The position numbers and the translations under genes were made by a program. Below the pieces are notes generated by a model that did not search any database, was not told the DNA's origin, and worked only from the letters and a program-made list of their open reading frames with translations. Positions 43,128 through 61,228 of a DNA stretch of 64,000 nt are shown here, piece by piece. This DNA is from the human T2T-CHM13v2.0 reference genome, Homo sapiens. Where the stretch lies: the NCBI RefSeq assembly GCF_009914755.1, contig NC_060937.1. One strand, written 5' to 3'. Numbering within the stretch: the stretch's first letter is position 1; each line of letters begins with the position of its first letter.

Positions 43128-43644
43128 TGATCCAATATTATGTTTTTATCTCTTTCAAATGGCATTTTATTATTTTTGCATGTAATTAATAAGTGAAAGA
43201 TTGCTGCTCATTCATGATATATGTAACAATTGTTGAAATTATCTTATTTAAATGTAGGTGAAGTCATAAAATTGCAGTGTTACTTGTGGCACTATGATGA
43301 TGATATTATTTTGCCTTTATAGGCATATATCTCTTGTAACATATTCTAGAAGCTAAAAGACCATAAATTCTAATTTGGAGCCCATGACCTACACAGTTTA
43401 TGAATAATTTAGAATAGATTTTTAAACGTTATTATTTTATATAGTTGTTTATATTCTTCTTGGTTCCAAAAAGCAGGAAACACAGATGGAAAATTTTAAT
43501 ATTTGAAAGTTTGACAAAAGATTTATGAATGTGTTCAAAAGAACAAAGTTTATTTAATCTAGTGATAAAATAATGATCTACAGATATATAAAGAAAGATT
43601 TACACTGAAGACAGTATGCAAAGTTTTCTTGAAAGACAAGGTTA

Positions 43645-43969
43645 GGCTGGATGCTGTGGCTCATGCTTGTAATCCCAGCACTTTGGGAGGCCGAGGCAGG
43701 TGGATCATTTGAGGTGAGGAGTTCAATACCAGCTTGGCCAACATGGTGAGACCTCATTGTTACTAAAAATACAAAAATTACCTGGGTGTGGTGATGCACA
43801 CCTGTAATCCTAGCTACTTGAGAGGATGAGGTAGGAGAATCGCTTGAACATGGGAGGCGGAGGTTTCAGTGAGCTGAGATCACGCCACTGCACTCTAGCC
43901 TGGGCAACAGAGTGAGACTTTGTCTCAGAAATAAATAAATAGATACAAATAAAAAAAATAAAAAAATAA
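43645..43969 (+). mobile_element. AluS (diverged)
   Basis: Full Alu with a mixed A-rich tail; flanking aaagacaa(g/a)gt. Confidence 0.93.
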
Positions 43970-44159
43970 AGACAAAGTGGGATTCAGGTGAATGTAGGAG
44001 AGCTTCCCTGCTGTAATTGGAGGCTGTTAAACATTGAATAATGGTCTAAGAGGAAGGTTGTGTAATTTCTTTCTCTTTACAGTCTCTCTGTGGTGGAAGG
44101 GAAGCTCCTACCCCTTATAAATAAGTAAACTGCAAGACTGGGAGTTGAGGAGGAGTTGA

Positions 44160-44490
<331 letters not shown>

Positions 44491-45811
44491 GCCTCAAAGA
44501 ATTTTCTAGTCTCAAACCTCACCTTGAATTCTTCCTCCTGCTTGCCCTAGATATTAAACCTTTGACCTTAAAGAGGTTGTTAGATATCTTCACAGATATT
44601 CCTGCTTCAAGGTGGAGAAGGTTTGTACAGAATTATATGCATCAAAAACAATGTCCTGTGCTCAACTGTGTGGTAAGCATTAGACAGAACAGCAGTGTCT
44701 GTTACCCCAGTTCCTCCTAAGATTTTCAGCTTCCATTAAGGAAAACAGAACCGCGTCAGTAGCACTATTCAGGGCATTCTTGCTTAGGGTAAGGGGTTGG
44801 ACCAAACGTCTTCACCAATTCTGTGATGCTGCTAATACCAGCATTACTCATGAAATACTGTCCGTTAAGCAGATAAACATACTTTTCTAGGATGATATCT
44901 TACAAGGAGAACTTGTTGTTTTCAGAAAAAATAAGAGAAAAAAGCTATATTTTGGAAAATGACAAATAACCTCTGTTTTTGCCTAAGTATACATTTTCCA
45001 TTTAAGTCCTATGCTGTGAACCAAAGCATACTGTTAGGTCCCAGGCAGTGGCTCAGTGGTAATCAGTAAAGGCATAAGCTCAGATTTGGATGGCACTTCT
45101 ACTTTGAAGAGTTCCGAGAGTTGGGCCACTACTGCCATCTTTATCATCATCACCAAGGATTTTACTGGTGTCCTGATTGTTAGAAATTATTATTTGAAAG
45201 ACATCCTCTAAGGAAATGTAGTTCAGTTGAAAAGGGTTGAAACTTCCTCATCAAAACCGCATGGCAGATAAGTCTAAACGATAATTGCGAAGTTCTTGTG
45301 GCTACGCTCTTGTGGCTATACTAATTATTCAATTTATTTAATTCATTATACTTGAATATGTTTATATTTCTTAGATTGAAAAATTTTTCAATTCAGATTT
45401 TTTTCTGGTAGCAAAAGGACCTTGGGTCATATATCAAAGAAAGTCATAACTGTTTTTTTTTTTAAATATCTTCTTACTTAGAGAAGAGAACAGCTCCTAA
45501 GTCATGTCATATCTTGAGTCCCAGAGGGTATCTGAGGAGGATAGCAGTTAATTCCAAGAAAATGGGATACCCTGTTTAGAGAATCAATGAGTATTCTCTG
45601 GAATACAGAGAAGAATTTGGCTTATTGATTTAGTTGTTCCACTGACTTATTCAGAAAGTGTGTTTTCTTCCTAAAGTGAACATTGAATTGACTTGAACTG
45701 ATATTTACATTCAGTGATTGTGTGACTAATATTGAAAATATTGTTCCTTTCTTGCAAAAAAAAATGTTTAACATACTTTAAGATAACATTTTGTTAAATT
45801 TTTTTTTTCAG

Positions 45812-45922
45812 TCATGTAAAGTGACTTGTGAATCAGGAGACTGTAGACAGCAAGAATTCAGGGATCGGTCTGGAAACTGTGTTCCCTGCAACCAGTGTGG
45901 GCCAGGCATGGAGTTGTCTAAG
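45812..45922 (+). CDS. TNFRSF19: TNFRSF19 second coding exon, aa 24-60 SCKVTCESGDCRQQEFRDRSGNCVPCNQCGPGMELSK (end of signal peptide and most of TNFR cysteine-rich domain 1)
   Basis: Acceptor ttttttttttcag|, 111 nt open in phase 0, TNFR-type C-x2-C-x2-C pattern, donor AAG|GTATAT. Confidence 0.97.
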
Positions 45923-46265
45923 GTATATTGGATACATGGCAAAGTTGTGTATCTGTGTTTGTAAAATGCATTCGTCTTAACTCAATTCTTTGAGTTAATT
46001 ATTAATGAAACTTTGGATACCATGACAGAATTATTGGATCATTATGTCACTTTAGCCAAATATCATACAATTCCTTTTTTAATACTTTTGATTCATGTGT
46101 CTTACTGAGATAAATAGGTTCTCAAACCCAGAATTCAACAGATGTCATTGTTTTATATAATTTAAGATTTGTAGTGTTTCACTAAAACAGTAAAATTTTT
46201 AAGGTTAATTTGCATTAATCAATAACAACTGAAATTCCACTGAAGATTTAAAACTAAAGCATTGT

Positions 46266-50860
<4,595 letters not shown>

Positions 50861-51778
50861 ACCCTAAATCATTGATAACAGAAATCATGAATGCTACTAC
50901 TTACTGGGACTTCTTTTTCTTAAAATGAATGTCAGCATTACTTGTCAAGAAGTAGAGCCTGCCAGTGTCTTAAATAAAGATGCTCTGAGATAGCAGGCAT
51001 TTTCCAAACCATGGTTTTGAACATTCCTTTGACAGTATGTGTCTTATTATTGATCTCACCACAGTGAGTGTATGTTACTCCCAGGAGCACTTTAAATATA
51101 TTCATTTCAACCACTATGTGCTAAGAAACTGTGTGTTAGTGTGTGTTATATCAGGACACATTTCACAGTCTTGGATGTTTTGAAGCCTGCCTTTTCTTGT
51201 GAGCACGTTCAGAGCTATACATCCATTTGCTTTATTTGCTGATCTTTTGAAGATGTTACTAGTTGTGGAGAAGTGATGTATTGTTTTGTTTTAAATAAAA
51301 CATCAAAGCCTTTCTGTTAGAAAAGGAACAATAGATTTTTCTTTTTATTTAAAGGGACTTTTAAAGAGAAGTCCTTTTCCCCTACAGACTGCCATTATCT
51401 ACAGTTGAGTCTTGTCATTCATAGATTTTTGATCAATGATCTATAAACAGCAGGAAACAAAGAATTATGCATTCTGCAAGTGGCTTCTGATAGATAGCGT
51501 TTCTCTCTGGCTTTTGTGTTAAATGAGTGGTGGCTTTTAGTATCCTGGGCTTTACATTTGGATTGAAACTGACTGACCTTCAAAGTCTGTGTGATATCTC
51601 ATTAACAGTAGCATCTCAACAGGTATTTTTCAACCCCTGTTGATTACAGTAACAAGTACTTTCAGACATAGATTTTTCTGTGTGGGGTGTAAAAAGATTA
51701 ATTTTTAACAGGTTGACATATCTAGGATCAGTGAACAAAGTATTTAAAAATGCCATCATGCCCAAGAGGAAAATAGAC

Positions 51779-52410
51779 TGCTGATGGAAAGAGTGAAACT
51801 CTGTAAAATATTTGAAGAGATTTATTCTGAGCCAAAAATGTGTGACCAGTGGCCCATGACACAGCCCTCGAGAGATCCTGACAGCATGTGTCCAAGGTGG
51901 TAGGGCTACAAGTTGGTTTTATACAATTTAGGGAGACATAAGACATTACTCAACATTGGTTCAGTCTGGAAAGGCAGGACAACTGGGAGTGGGGAGCAGG
52001 TAGGGGAAGGGGGATTCCAGGTCACAGGTGGATTGCAGGATTTTCTGATTGGCTATTGGTTATTATCTAAAGACCTGGAGTCAATAGAAAGGAATGCCTA
52101 GAGTCAATAGAAAGGAATGTCAATAGAAAGGGTTAAGATAAGGGGTTTTAGAGACCAAGGTTTTATCATGCAGATGAAGCCTCCAGGTAGCAGACTTCAG
52201 AGAGAATAGATTGTAAGTGTTTTCTTATCAGACTGAAAGAGTCTGTTCCATCAGTAATTCCGGAAGGGAGGAGGGTACCATGAGGCATGTCTGGCGCCCC
52301 CTTTCCATCCTGTCCTGAACTAGTTTTTCAGGTTAACTTTGGAATGTCCTTGGCCAAGAGGGGGGGTCCATTCAGATGGTGGGGGCTTAGAATTTTAATT
52401 TTCGTTTAAA
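51779..52410 (-). mobile_element. ERV1 solo LTR, MER4A1-like
   Basis: Reverse complement begins ...aaaattctaagcccccaccatctgaatggacc...ccaaagttaacctgaaaaactagttcagg; other end aaactctgtaaaatatttgaagagatttattctgagccaaa. Confidence 0.8.
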
Positions 52411-52649
52411 GATGATGACATTTTCTTTTCCTCAAACATTCTTCTTTTCCCAAATCTCAGTGAAAATCTGAATGAAACTTCACAGATTCTGAGACATGAG
52501 TGAATAGTTTCTAAGAAATTACTGTCTTATATTCATCCTTTGAATCTGCAGAATATAACCTTAAGTTAATTTTTGGAGAATCAGACCATAAGATGAAAGT
52601 CCTATTAGCCTTAATATTTTTGTTGATTAAGAAATCATTTTTCCATTTC

Positions 52650-55600
52650 TGATTTCATATATATGAGGAATTTAGAGGTTGTCACTCTATCCCAACAGGA
52701 AGTAAAAAGCTGAACAAACTGAAAAGTCCGCAGCTCTTAGATCTGCAAGAGAAGTGAGGTCGCAGGCAGCTACAGAGAATCACAATACACTGCTGCAGAA
52801 GCCTCCCCTGGAGCCAGCACCAGGGTGGGAAACCTGCACTGTTATTGACAGCCTGCTGTAGCCTAGGTTTGGAAAAGTCTGAGAGTTAAAACTCCAGGAG
52901 GACCCACTCATAGAGCACCCTCCCATGCTTTTGTGAGTTTTACTTCCAGGAACTCAAACCGATTTTCATAGTAAATGTCAAAATCAAAACAAAACAAAAC
53001 AAAAAAATCCCTTGTTTTTCTGACAGGGGAGGCAGAAAAGGAACATTTTGAAATATGCTAGAGTGCTCTTTTTCTTAACAAGGACTGCCCTCAAGAGAAA
53101 CACATACACCAAAGGCTCACCTGCTGGGGTTTTATCAGAGCCTAACTGACCTGGGGAAGGGAAATACTGACTCAGTCTGCTCCAGCCATTCTCTCCCATT
53201 TAAGGGAGAGGCACTGGGGAAGCTTACAGTACAGAGGCACAGGCCTGCACAGGACTATGGAAAGCTGCCCTTTCCTTCACATCTCACCTCCACATTACTA
53301 AAGGCCTGTTTATAGCAGCTCCTTCTACCCAGTGTATCATGTATGACATTTGACAAAAATGTACAAAGCATACTAAAAGGCAAAAAATACAATTTGAAGA
53401 GACAATGCAAGCATCAGAACCAGACTTGGCAGGGATCTTGGAGTTATCAGAGAGAATCAAGAACAACTATGATTAATATGCTAATAGCATTAATCATGAA
53501 TATTCTGATTTAATATGCTAATCAGGGAAAGGAACAGAAGAAATATTTGAAACAATAATGACTTAGAATTTTCCCAAGTTAATGCCAGACACCAAACTGC
53601 AGATCCAGGAAACTCAGAGAACACCAAGCAAGATAAATGCCCAAAAATGACACCAAGTATATCATTTGCAAATTGCAGAAAAACAAAGAAAAAACCCTCC
53701 AAGAAACTAGAGGGAAAAAAACGCCATATGTACAGAGGAGCAGAGATAAGAATGACATCTGACTTTTACTCAGAAATCGTGCAAGGCAGAAGAGAGTGCA
53801 GTGAAACATTTAAAGTATTGAGAAAATAGCACCTAAAATTCTGTACCCTGAGAAATTTTCCTTCAAGAGTTAAGGACAAATAAAGACTTTCTCAATCAAT
53901 TGAGGGAATTTGTTACCAGTAGACCTGCCATGTAAGAAATGTTAAAAGAAGTTCTTTAGACAGAAGGAAAATAATATAGGTCAGAAACATGGATCTACAT
54001 AAAAGAGCATCAAAGAAGTGCTAAGTGAAGGTAAAATAAAAACTTTAATTTTCCTATTCTTAATTGATGTAATAGATGATAGTGTGTTCAAACTAATAAT
54101 AGCAACAATGTATTTGATTGAGTATGCTTGTGTGTACACACACACACACATAAGTGAAATTAATTACAGCAATGATACAAAGGGTGAGGAGGAGGAATTA
54201 GAATTATTTTGTTGTTATAAGGTATTCACACTATCTGTGAAGTAGTACAGTGTTAGTTGAAAGGAGGCTTGGACTGGTTATAAATGTATAGTGCAACCTC
54301 TAGGGCAACCGTTAAAACAAGTATAAAAAGAAGTATAACTGATATGCTAAGAAAGGAGATAAAATGAAACCACATAAAATGCTCAATTAAAACTACAAAA
54401 GGGAAAATGTGGAAGACAGAAATAAGAACAAATAAGAAGGCCAAGAAATGGAAAACAGTAATATATATGGTAACTATTAGCCCAACTATATCAATAATCA
54501 TTTTCAGTGTCAGTGATCTGATGTACCAATTTATAAACATTATCAGAGCAGGTCAAAAAACAAGATCCAACTCTGTGGTCTACAAGAACCCACTTCAAAT
54601 ATGAAGACACACATAGATGAAAAGTAAGTGGATGGAGAAATATATACCATGCTAACACTAATCAGAAGAGCAGGAGTAGCTATATTAATTTCAGACAGAG
54701 CAGACTTCAAAGCAAAGACAGATGTCAGGGATAAAGATGGACATCATATAATCATAAGGGAGCTAATTGTCTAAGAAATTATAATAATCTTTAATGGGTA
54801 TGCCCCTAGCAACAGAGAATCAAACCATGTGGGACAAAAACTGATAGAACTACAAGGAGATATAGATAAATCCACTACTGTAGTTGGAGACTTCAACACT
54901 ATCAGAAATGGACAGATTCAGCAGGCAGAAAGTCAATATGGACATAGTTGGACTCAACACCATCAATCAACTGGATATAACTGACACCTATAGACAACTT
55001 CATTCAGCAACAGCAAAAGACACATTATTCTTAAGCTGTCATGGAAAATTCACCAAGCTAGACCACATATGGGGCCATAAAACACACCTTAACAAAGGTA
55101 AAAGCATAGAAATCGTATAGTGTCTGCTGTCAGATCACAATGGAATAAAACTAGCAATCAATGACAGAAAGATAGCTGGAAAACTCTAAAATACTTGGAG
55201 ATTAAGAACACACTTCTAAATAACACATGGGTCAAAGAGGATATTGCAAGATAAATTTAAAAATATTTTGAACTAAATGAAAATGAAAACAGAACTTGTC
55301 AAAATTTGTGGGATGCAGTGAACCAGTGCTCAGGGGGTACTGAAGGCACATATTAGAAAAAAGAAAGAGCCAAAATTGGTGATCTAAGCTTATACCTTAT
55401 AAAACTAGAAAAAGAAGAACAAATTAAATTCAGAGTAAGCAGAATAAAATAAATAACTATTAAAGCAGAAATCAATGAAATTAAAAACAGAAACTCTGGA
55501 GAGAGTGAAGAATCACCAAAAGGTGATTCTTTGAAAAAATTCAATAAAACTGATGGTCCTCTAACTAGGCCAACTTAGAAAATAAGGGAGAGGACACAAA

Positions 55601-58590
55601 GTACTAATATCAGTAATGAAAGCATGGACATCACTATAGGAACATTAGAAATGCTGTGAACAACTCAGTGCCCACACATTTGGTAACCTAGATGAAATGA
55701 ATCAATTCCTTGAAAGACGCAGTCTGACAAAGCTCACACAAGAAGAAATCCACAGTCTGTATAGGCCTATATTGACTGAAGAAATTGAATCAATAATTCA
55801 TAACCTTCCAAAACAGAGAGCACCAAGTTAAAGTGAATTTACTGGTGAATTCTACCAAAAATGAAGAAGAAATTATACTCATTATCCACAACTTCTTCCA
55901 GAATATAGCAGAGAAAATACTTTCTAACTCATTCTGTGAGGCCAGAAATCACCCTAATGCCTAAACCAAAGACTTTACAAGGAAACTATAGACCAATATC
56001 TCTCATGAACAAAGATACAAAAATTCTCAACAAAATATTAGCAAATTGAATCCAACAATGTATATTAAAAAAATCACACACTGTGACAAAATGGGATTTA
56101 TCCCACATACACAAGGCTGGTTCAGCCTTTGAAATTCAGTTAATGTAATATGTCACATCAGTGGGCTAAAGAGGAAAAAAATCACATATAGCAGTAAGTG
56201 CACAAAAAGCATTTGAAAAATCTAACACCCATTCATGATTAAACAACAACAACAACAAAAACCTCTCAGTAAACTAGGAATGGAAAGGAATTTCCTCTAC
56301 TTGGTAAAGAATTTCTACAACAACCACAACAAAACCAAAACTCTAGAGTTGATATCATACTTAATGATGGAAACTAGAAGCTTTCCACTAAGATCAGGAA
56401 CAAGGCAAGGATGTTCCCTTTCACCACTCATTTTCAGCATCATACAAGAAATCCTACCTCATGCACCAAGACAAAATAAAAAAAAAGAAATAAAAGGTAA
56501 ACTGATTTGGAAGGAAGAAATAAACTTCTCCTTGTTCACATATGGCATAATCATCTATGTAGAAAATGCAAGAGAATTAACAGAAAAACTCCTGGAATGA
56601 ATAAGCAATTATAGTAATATTTCAAGATACCTGGTTAATGTACAAAAGTCAGTAACTTTCATATATACTGTCAGTGAACAAGTGGGATTTGAAATTAAAA
56701 ACACAATATAATTTATATTAGCACCCCCCCCAAAATAAAATACCTAGGGATAAATCTAACAAAATATGTACAAGATCTTTATGAGGAAAATTACAAGACT
56801 CTGATGAAAGAAATAAAAGAAGAACTAAATAAATGGAGAGATATTCCATGTTTATGGAGAGGAAGATTCAATATTGTCAAGATGTCAGTGTTTCTCAACT
56901 TGATTTATAGATTCAATGGAATCCCAATCAAAGTCCCAGCAAGTTATTTTGTAGATATTGACAAACTGATTCTAAAGTTTATATGTAGAGGCAAAAGACC
57001 CAGAATAATCAACACAGTTATTTAGAAGAAAAAGTTGGAGGATTGACACTACCCACATCAAGACTTACTGTAAACATATAGTAATCAAGACAGTGTGGTA
57101 TTGACAAAAGAAGAGACAAACCAATCAGTGGAACAGAATAGAGAGCCCAGGAATAGACCCAGCTAAGTGTAGTCATCTGGTCTTTGACAAAGTAGCAAAC
57201 AACATGATGGAGAAAAGATAGAGTCTTCAACAAATGGATCTAAAACAACTTGACATCCACATGCAAAAAATGAATCTAGACACACCTAACTCAAAACAGG
57301 TCACAGACCTAACTGTAAAATGCAAAGCTATAAAACTCCTAGAAGATTTTCTCTAGAAGACCTTGGGTTTGGTGATGACTGTTTTATATGACACCAAAGG
57401 CACAACCTATGAAAGAAAGAATTAATAAGCTAGACTTAATTAAAATTGAAAATTTCCACTCTGCATAAGACACTGTTGAGAGAATGGAAATACAAGCCAG
57501 AAATTGGTGGAAAACATTTGTAAAAGATATCTGAAAAAGGACTGTTATTCAAAACATACAAAAAATTCTTAACACTGAGAAAACAAACAAATCCAATTTA
57601 AAAATGGGTAAAAGACCTTAACAAACACCTCACCAAAGAAGATACACAGATGGCAAATAAGCATATGAAAAGATCCTCCATATAGTATGTCATCAGGGAA
57701 ATGCAAATTTAAGCAACGCGATATCACCGTACACCTATTAGAAATCCAGAATCCAGAATCCAGAACACAGACAACATCGAAGGCTGTTAAGGATGTGGAG
57801 TAACAGGAGTTCTCATTCCTTGCTAGTGGGAATGCAAAATGGTACAGCCATTTGGAAGACAACTTGGCAGTGTCTTACAAAACTAAGCATACTCTTATTA
57901 TTTGATCCAGCAATTGAGCTACTTAGTATTTTATCAAAGGAATGGACACTTAACGCTTATACAGATACCTGCACACAGATACTTATAGCAGGTTTGTTCA
58001 TAATTATGAAGACTTGAAAGCAACCCAGCGGTACTTTAGTAAGGGGTGGGTAAATAAGCTGTGATCCCTACAATGGAATATTACTCTGCACTAGAAGGAA
58101 ATAAGCTATCAAGCCGTGAAAAGACATAGAGGACCTTAAATGCACATTACCAAGTGAAACAAGCCAATTGGAAAAGTCTGCTTCCTGTATGATTCCAACT
58201 ATACGACATTCTAGAAAAGGCAAAACTATGGAAACAGTAAAAAGATCACTGGTTGCCATGGGTAAGGGTGAGGGAGGGATGGATATGTGGGCATGGAAGA
58301 TTTTTAGGGCAGGGAATCTACTCTGTGTGATACTGTAATGGTGGATGCATATCATTCTGTGTTGTTCAAACTCACAGAATATAACACCAAGAATAAACCC
58401 TAATGTAAACAGTGGAACTTAGGTGACAGTGATGTGTTCATAGATTGTAAAAAATGTATCATTCTGGTGCAGGGTGCTGATAAGAATGAGCCTTTGTGTG
58501 TGGCGGGGGAGGGCGGGGCATGTAAGGACTATCTCTCTACCTTCCTCTCAATTTCGTTATGAACCTAAAAACTGCTGTAAAAAATTGTGT
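52650..58590 (+). mobile_element. Near-complete ancient L1 (L1M4/L1MC-like): 5' region, ORF1 and ORF2 remnants, 3'UTR
   Basis: Colinear degenerate ORF1 (~53.5-54.0 kb); EN/RT peptides in the ORF track (HGKFTKLDHIWGHK; FPLRSGTRQGCSLSPL; WRDIPCLWRGRFNIVKM); L1MC-type 3'UTR. Confidence 0.88.
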
Positions 58591-59614
58591 TTCTAAACAG
58601 AAATACTCCATCTTCTGAGAACAGTATCTGATAACAGGTGCTGTATTTCATATTCCCATGGCTATCCAGAAGAAATATTTTTCTCTAGATAGCAGTTTTC
58701 CATAAGGATTGAAAGAGCTGTCCCCCTGTGAAGTAAGAGCCAAAGGGAAGCAACCAGAACATTTCTGCCTTTATGTACTTATTTCATTTGTTCATCTTCT
58801 GTTCCCATATTTATAATTTTTTTTAAAAAAAGACCAGGACAAATTGAATGAGGAGCAATAAAAGTAAAGGTAATAATGCCAGTGAAAAATGAGATTCTTA
58901 GGACCCACTCAGGTGCACAGTTGTATACCATGTTACCACATGCCTGCCCTGAGCTGTCCACCTGGAAGCCCATGTTGTTCAGTCTTCTACCCTGTATCTA
59001 CAGAGCACCCAGCTCCTGACACAGTACATGAGTGAACAAATCAGTTAATCTCAAATATTACTTGGAAAAAAAAGTGACACTTAAATCTGGTAATATAAAA
59101 ATGAATGAATTTGTGTATATGTTATAAATCATATATTTTGCCAAGTCTTTTTTCTTAGTTTTAGCTCATAATAAATAAAATCAGCAACTTAACTTTGCTC
59201 ATGCTCTAACATACAACAGAGAGGCAAAGGATTCAGATACACAAATGAAAACATAAATATATTTTTATTTTCCACCCCACTTAACTCAGAGAGCTTGAGC
59301 TTTTTATAAGCAGTTACTTTAATGTTAGATGTTTTTAAATTGTCCATTCATGAATTTGTGATTTCTTCTTTTCATTGTTCCTTTTGCAACAGCATATGTC
59401 TTTCAGAGGAAAGAAAAATAAGTTATGAGGATATTAAAGTCAGATAAATCACTGAAATTAAAATTACATTTAACTGGCTAATTTTCACTTCCAAGCTTTA
59501 CAAATCAAGGGAAAATTTAGTCTTTTGACTAAGACTAAGCTTTAAATTTTTTTTCAGACAACTACGTTTATAAATAATCTTTTTTAAAGCTTGAGATATT
59601 AAATGTATAGTTTG

Positions 59615-59912
59615 GGCCAGGCACAGTGGCTCACATCTGTAATCCCAGCACTTTGGGAGGCCGAGGCAGGTGGATTGCCTGAGGTCAGGAGTTCCAGACT
59701 AGCCTGGCCAACATGGTGAAACCCCATCTGTACTAAAAATACAAAAATTAGCCAGGTGTGGTGGTGGGCGCCTTTAATCCCAGCTACTCAGGAGGCTGAG
59801 GCAGGAGAATCGCTTGAGTCTGGGAGGCAGAGTTGTGGTGAGCCGAGATTGCACCACCGCACTCAAGTCTGGGTGACAAAGTGAGAAATAAATAAATAGA
59901 TAAATAGATAGA
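59615..59912 (+). mobile_element. AluSx-like
   Basis: Full Alu with (TAAA/TAGA)n tail. Confidence 0.93.
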
Positions 59913-61039
59913 CAGTTTGGAGGGATACCTTTTAATTTGTAATTAAACAAGTCTCAGGGCCCTTTTTGACTGAGGCTTAGAATTTTGGTTACCTATGGTA
60001 TTTGAAATTTTGAAAGCAGAGTAAACATAAAACTTTTTAAAGTTAATTATGAAAAAGAAGAAAAGCTAGACCAAACTATTGATATATACAACAAAAGATT
60101 TTTTTATATTGTGGGTAAAAAGTACATTTTTTAGTAGGCCATTAGCATTTTCAAATAACTTTTATTGTAACATTGTTATGTTATTTGCTTCTCTGTATTA
60201 AAGGTATCTTAAAACTTCTGACATTTTCTGTCCTCCAGTCCATCTGTCTAAAATAACGCACTCTGGGTCATGAGGTTCTTTCAATTACAAACATGTACCT
60301 GTGCCTTAAAACTAAAGCCTGGAAGTGCTTTGGTTAAGCAGGTATAGTTAAACTTTCCTCTGCGGTTTTATTTCTCCTAATTATTATTTTCTTTGGAAGG
60401 CATTCAATTCTATTTTTTCCCAAGGTATCTGAGCATCTCTTCCATTGTTAGTTAGGTTTCTACCATAAAAATGTGTAGTCAGGGCTGGCTGGGGCTTCTG
60501 GAATCGTATTCCTGGATACAGTCTACACCTTGACCCACCAGTGGTGTGTGGTCAGTAGGTCCCAGCCTCTTTTCACTTCCTTTCAATTATTAGGTATTAA
60601 GAAGTCTGCACAGCAGCTCCAGGTCCACCGATACTGTTGCTGACTTAGATTGATGATACCCTTCTCTTCCTTGGCCACTTTTAAAAGATTCTTATTTTAA
60701 CCGTTTACCTTGGATATCTTGGGCTATGTTCATGTAAACGACATCTGTTAACATAAATATGAGCTATCTCTTGTAATACATATTATGCAACTAAGATAAT
60801 ATTAGCTAATTTTTCATACAGTAAGCCAGGTACTATGTGATCTTTGTATATTAAATAATGGAATCCTTACAACGTATGTTTTAAATAGGGAATATAACCA
60901 TCCCCATCTTATGGACAGGGAAACTGGGACACAGTGGTTCACTGATTTGTCCATTGTCACTGCTAGTAAGTAACAGTGCGGGAGGAAGGAGTGGTGGAGC
61001 CACGTGGGAGTAGCAATCTCTTGCTCGTTTTGTAAATAG

Positions 61040-61228
61040 CCTAGTGCAATTCTCTCTGATAGAACTGTCTGTGATGGTGGAAGTGGTCTCTATCTGCTCT
61101 ATCCAGTATACGAGCAACTAGCCACTGCGGTTACTGAACACTTACAGAATTTTATTTCATTTTAATTGATGAAAATTAAATGAGGCCACATGGGGTCTGG
61201 CTATTGTATTGGACAGTACAGCTCTAGA
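61040..61228. mobile_element. MER3-like hAT-Charlie DNA transposon
   Basis: atagaactgtctgtgatggtggaagt...actagccac...gccacatgggg...gtattggacagtacagctctag. Confidence 0.65.
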
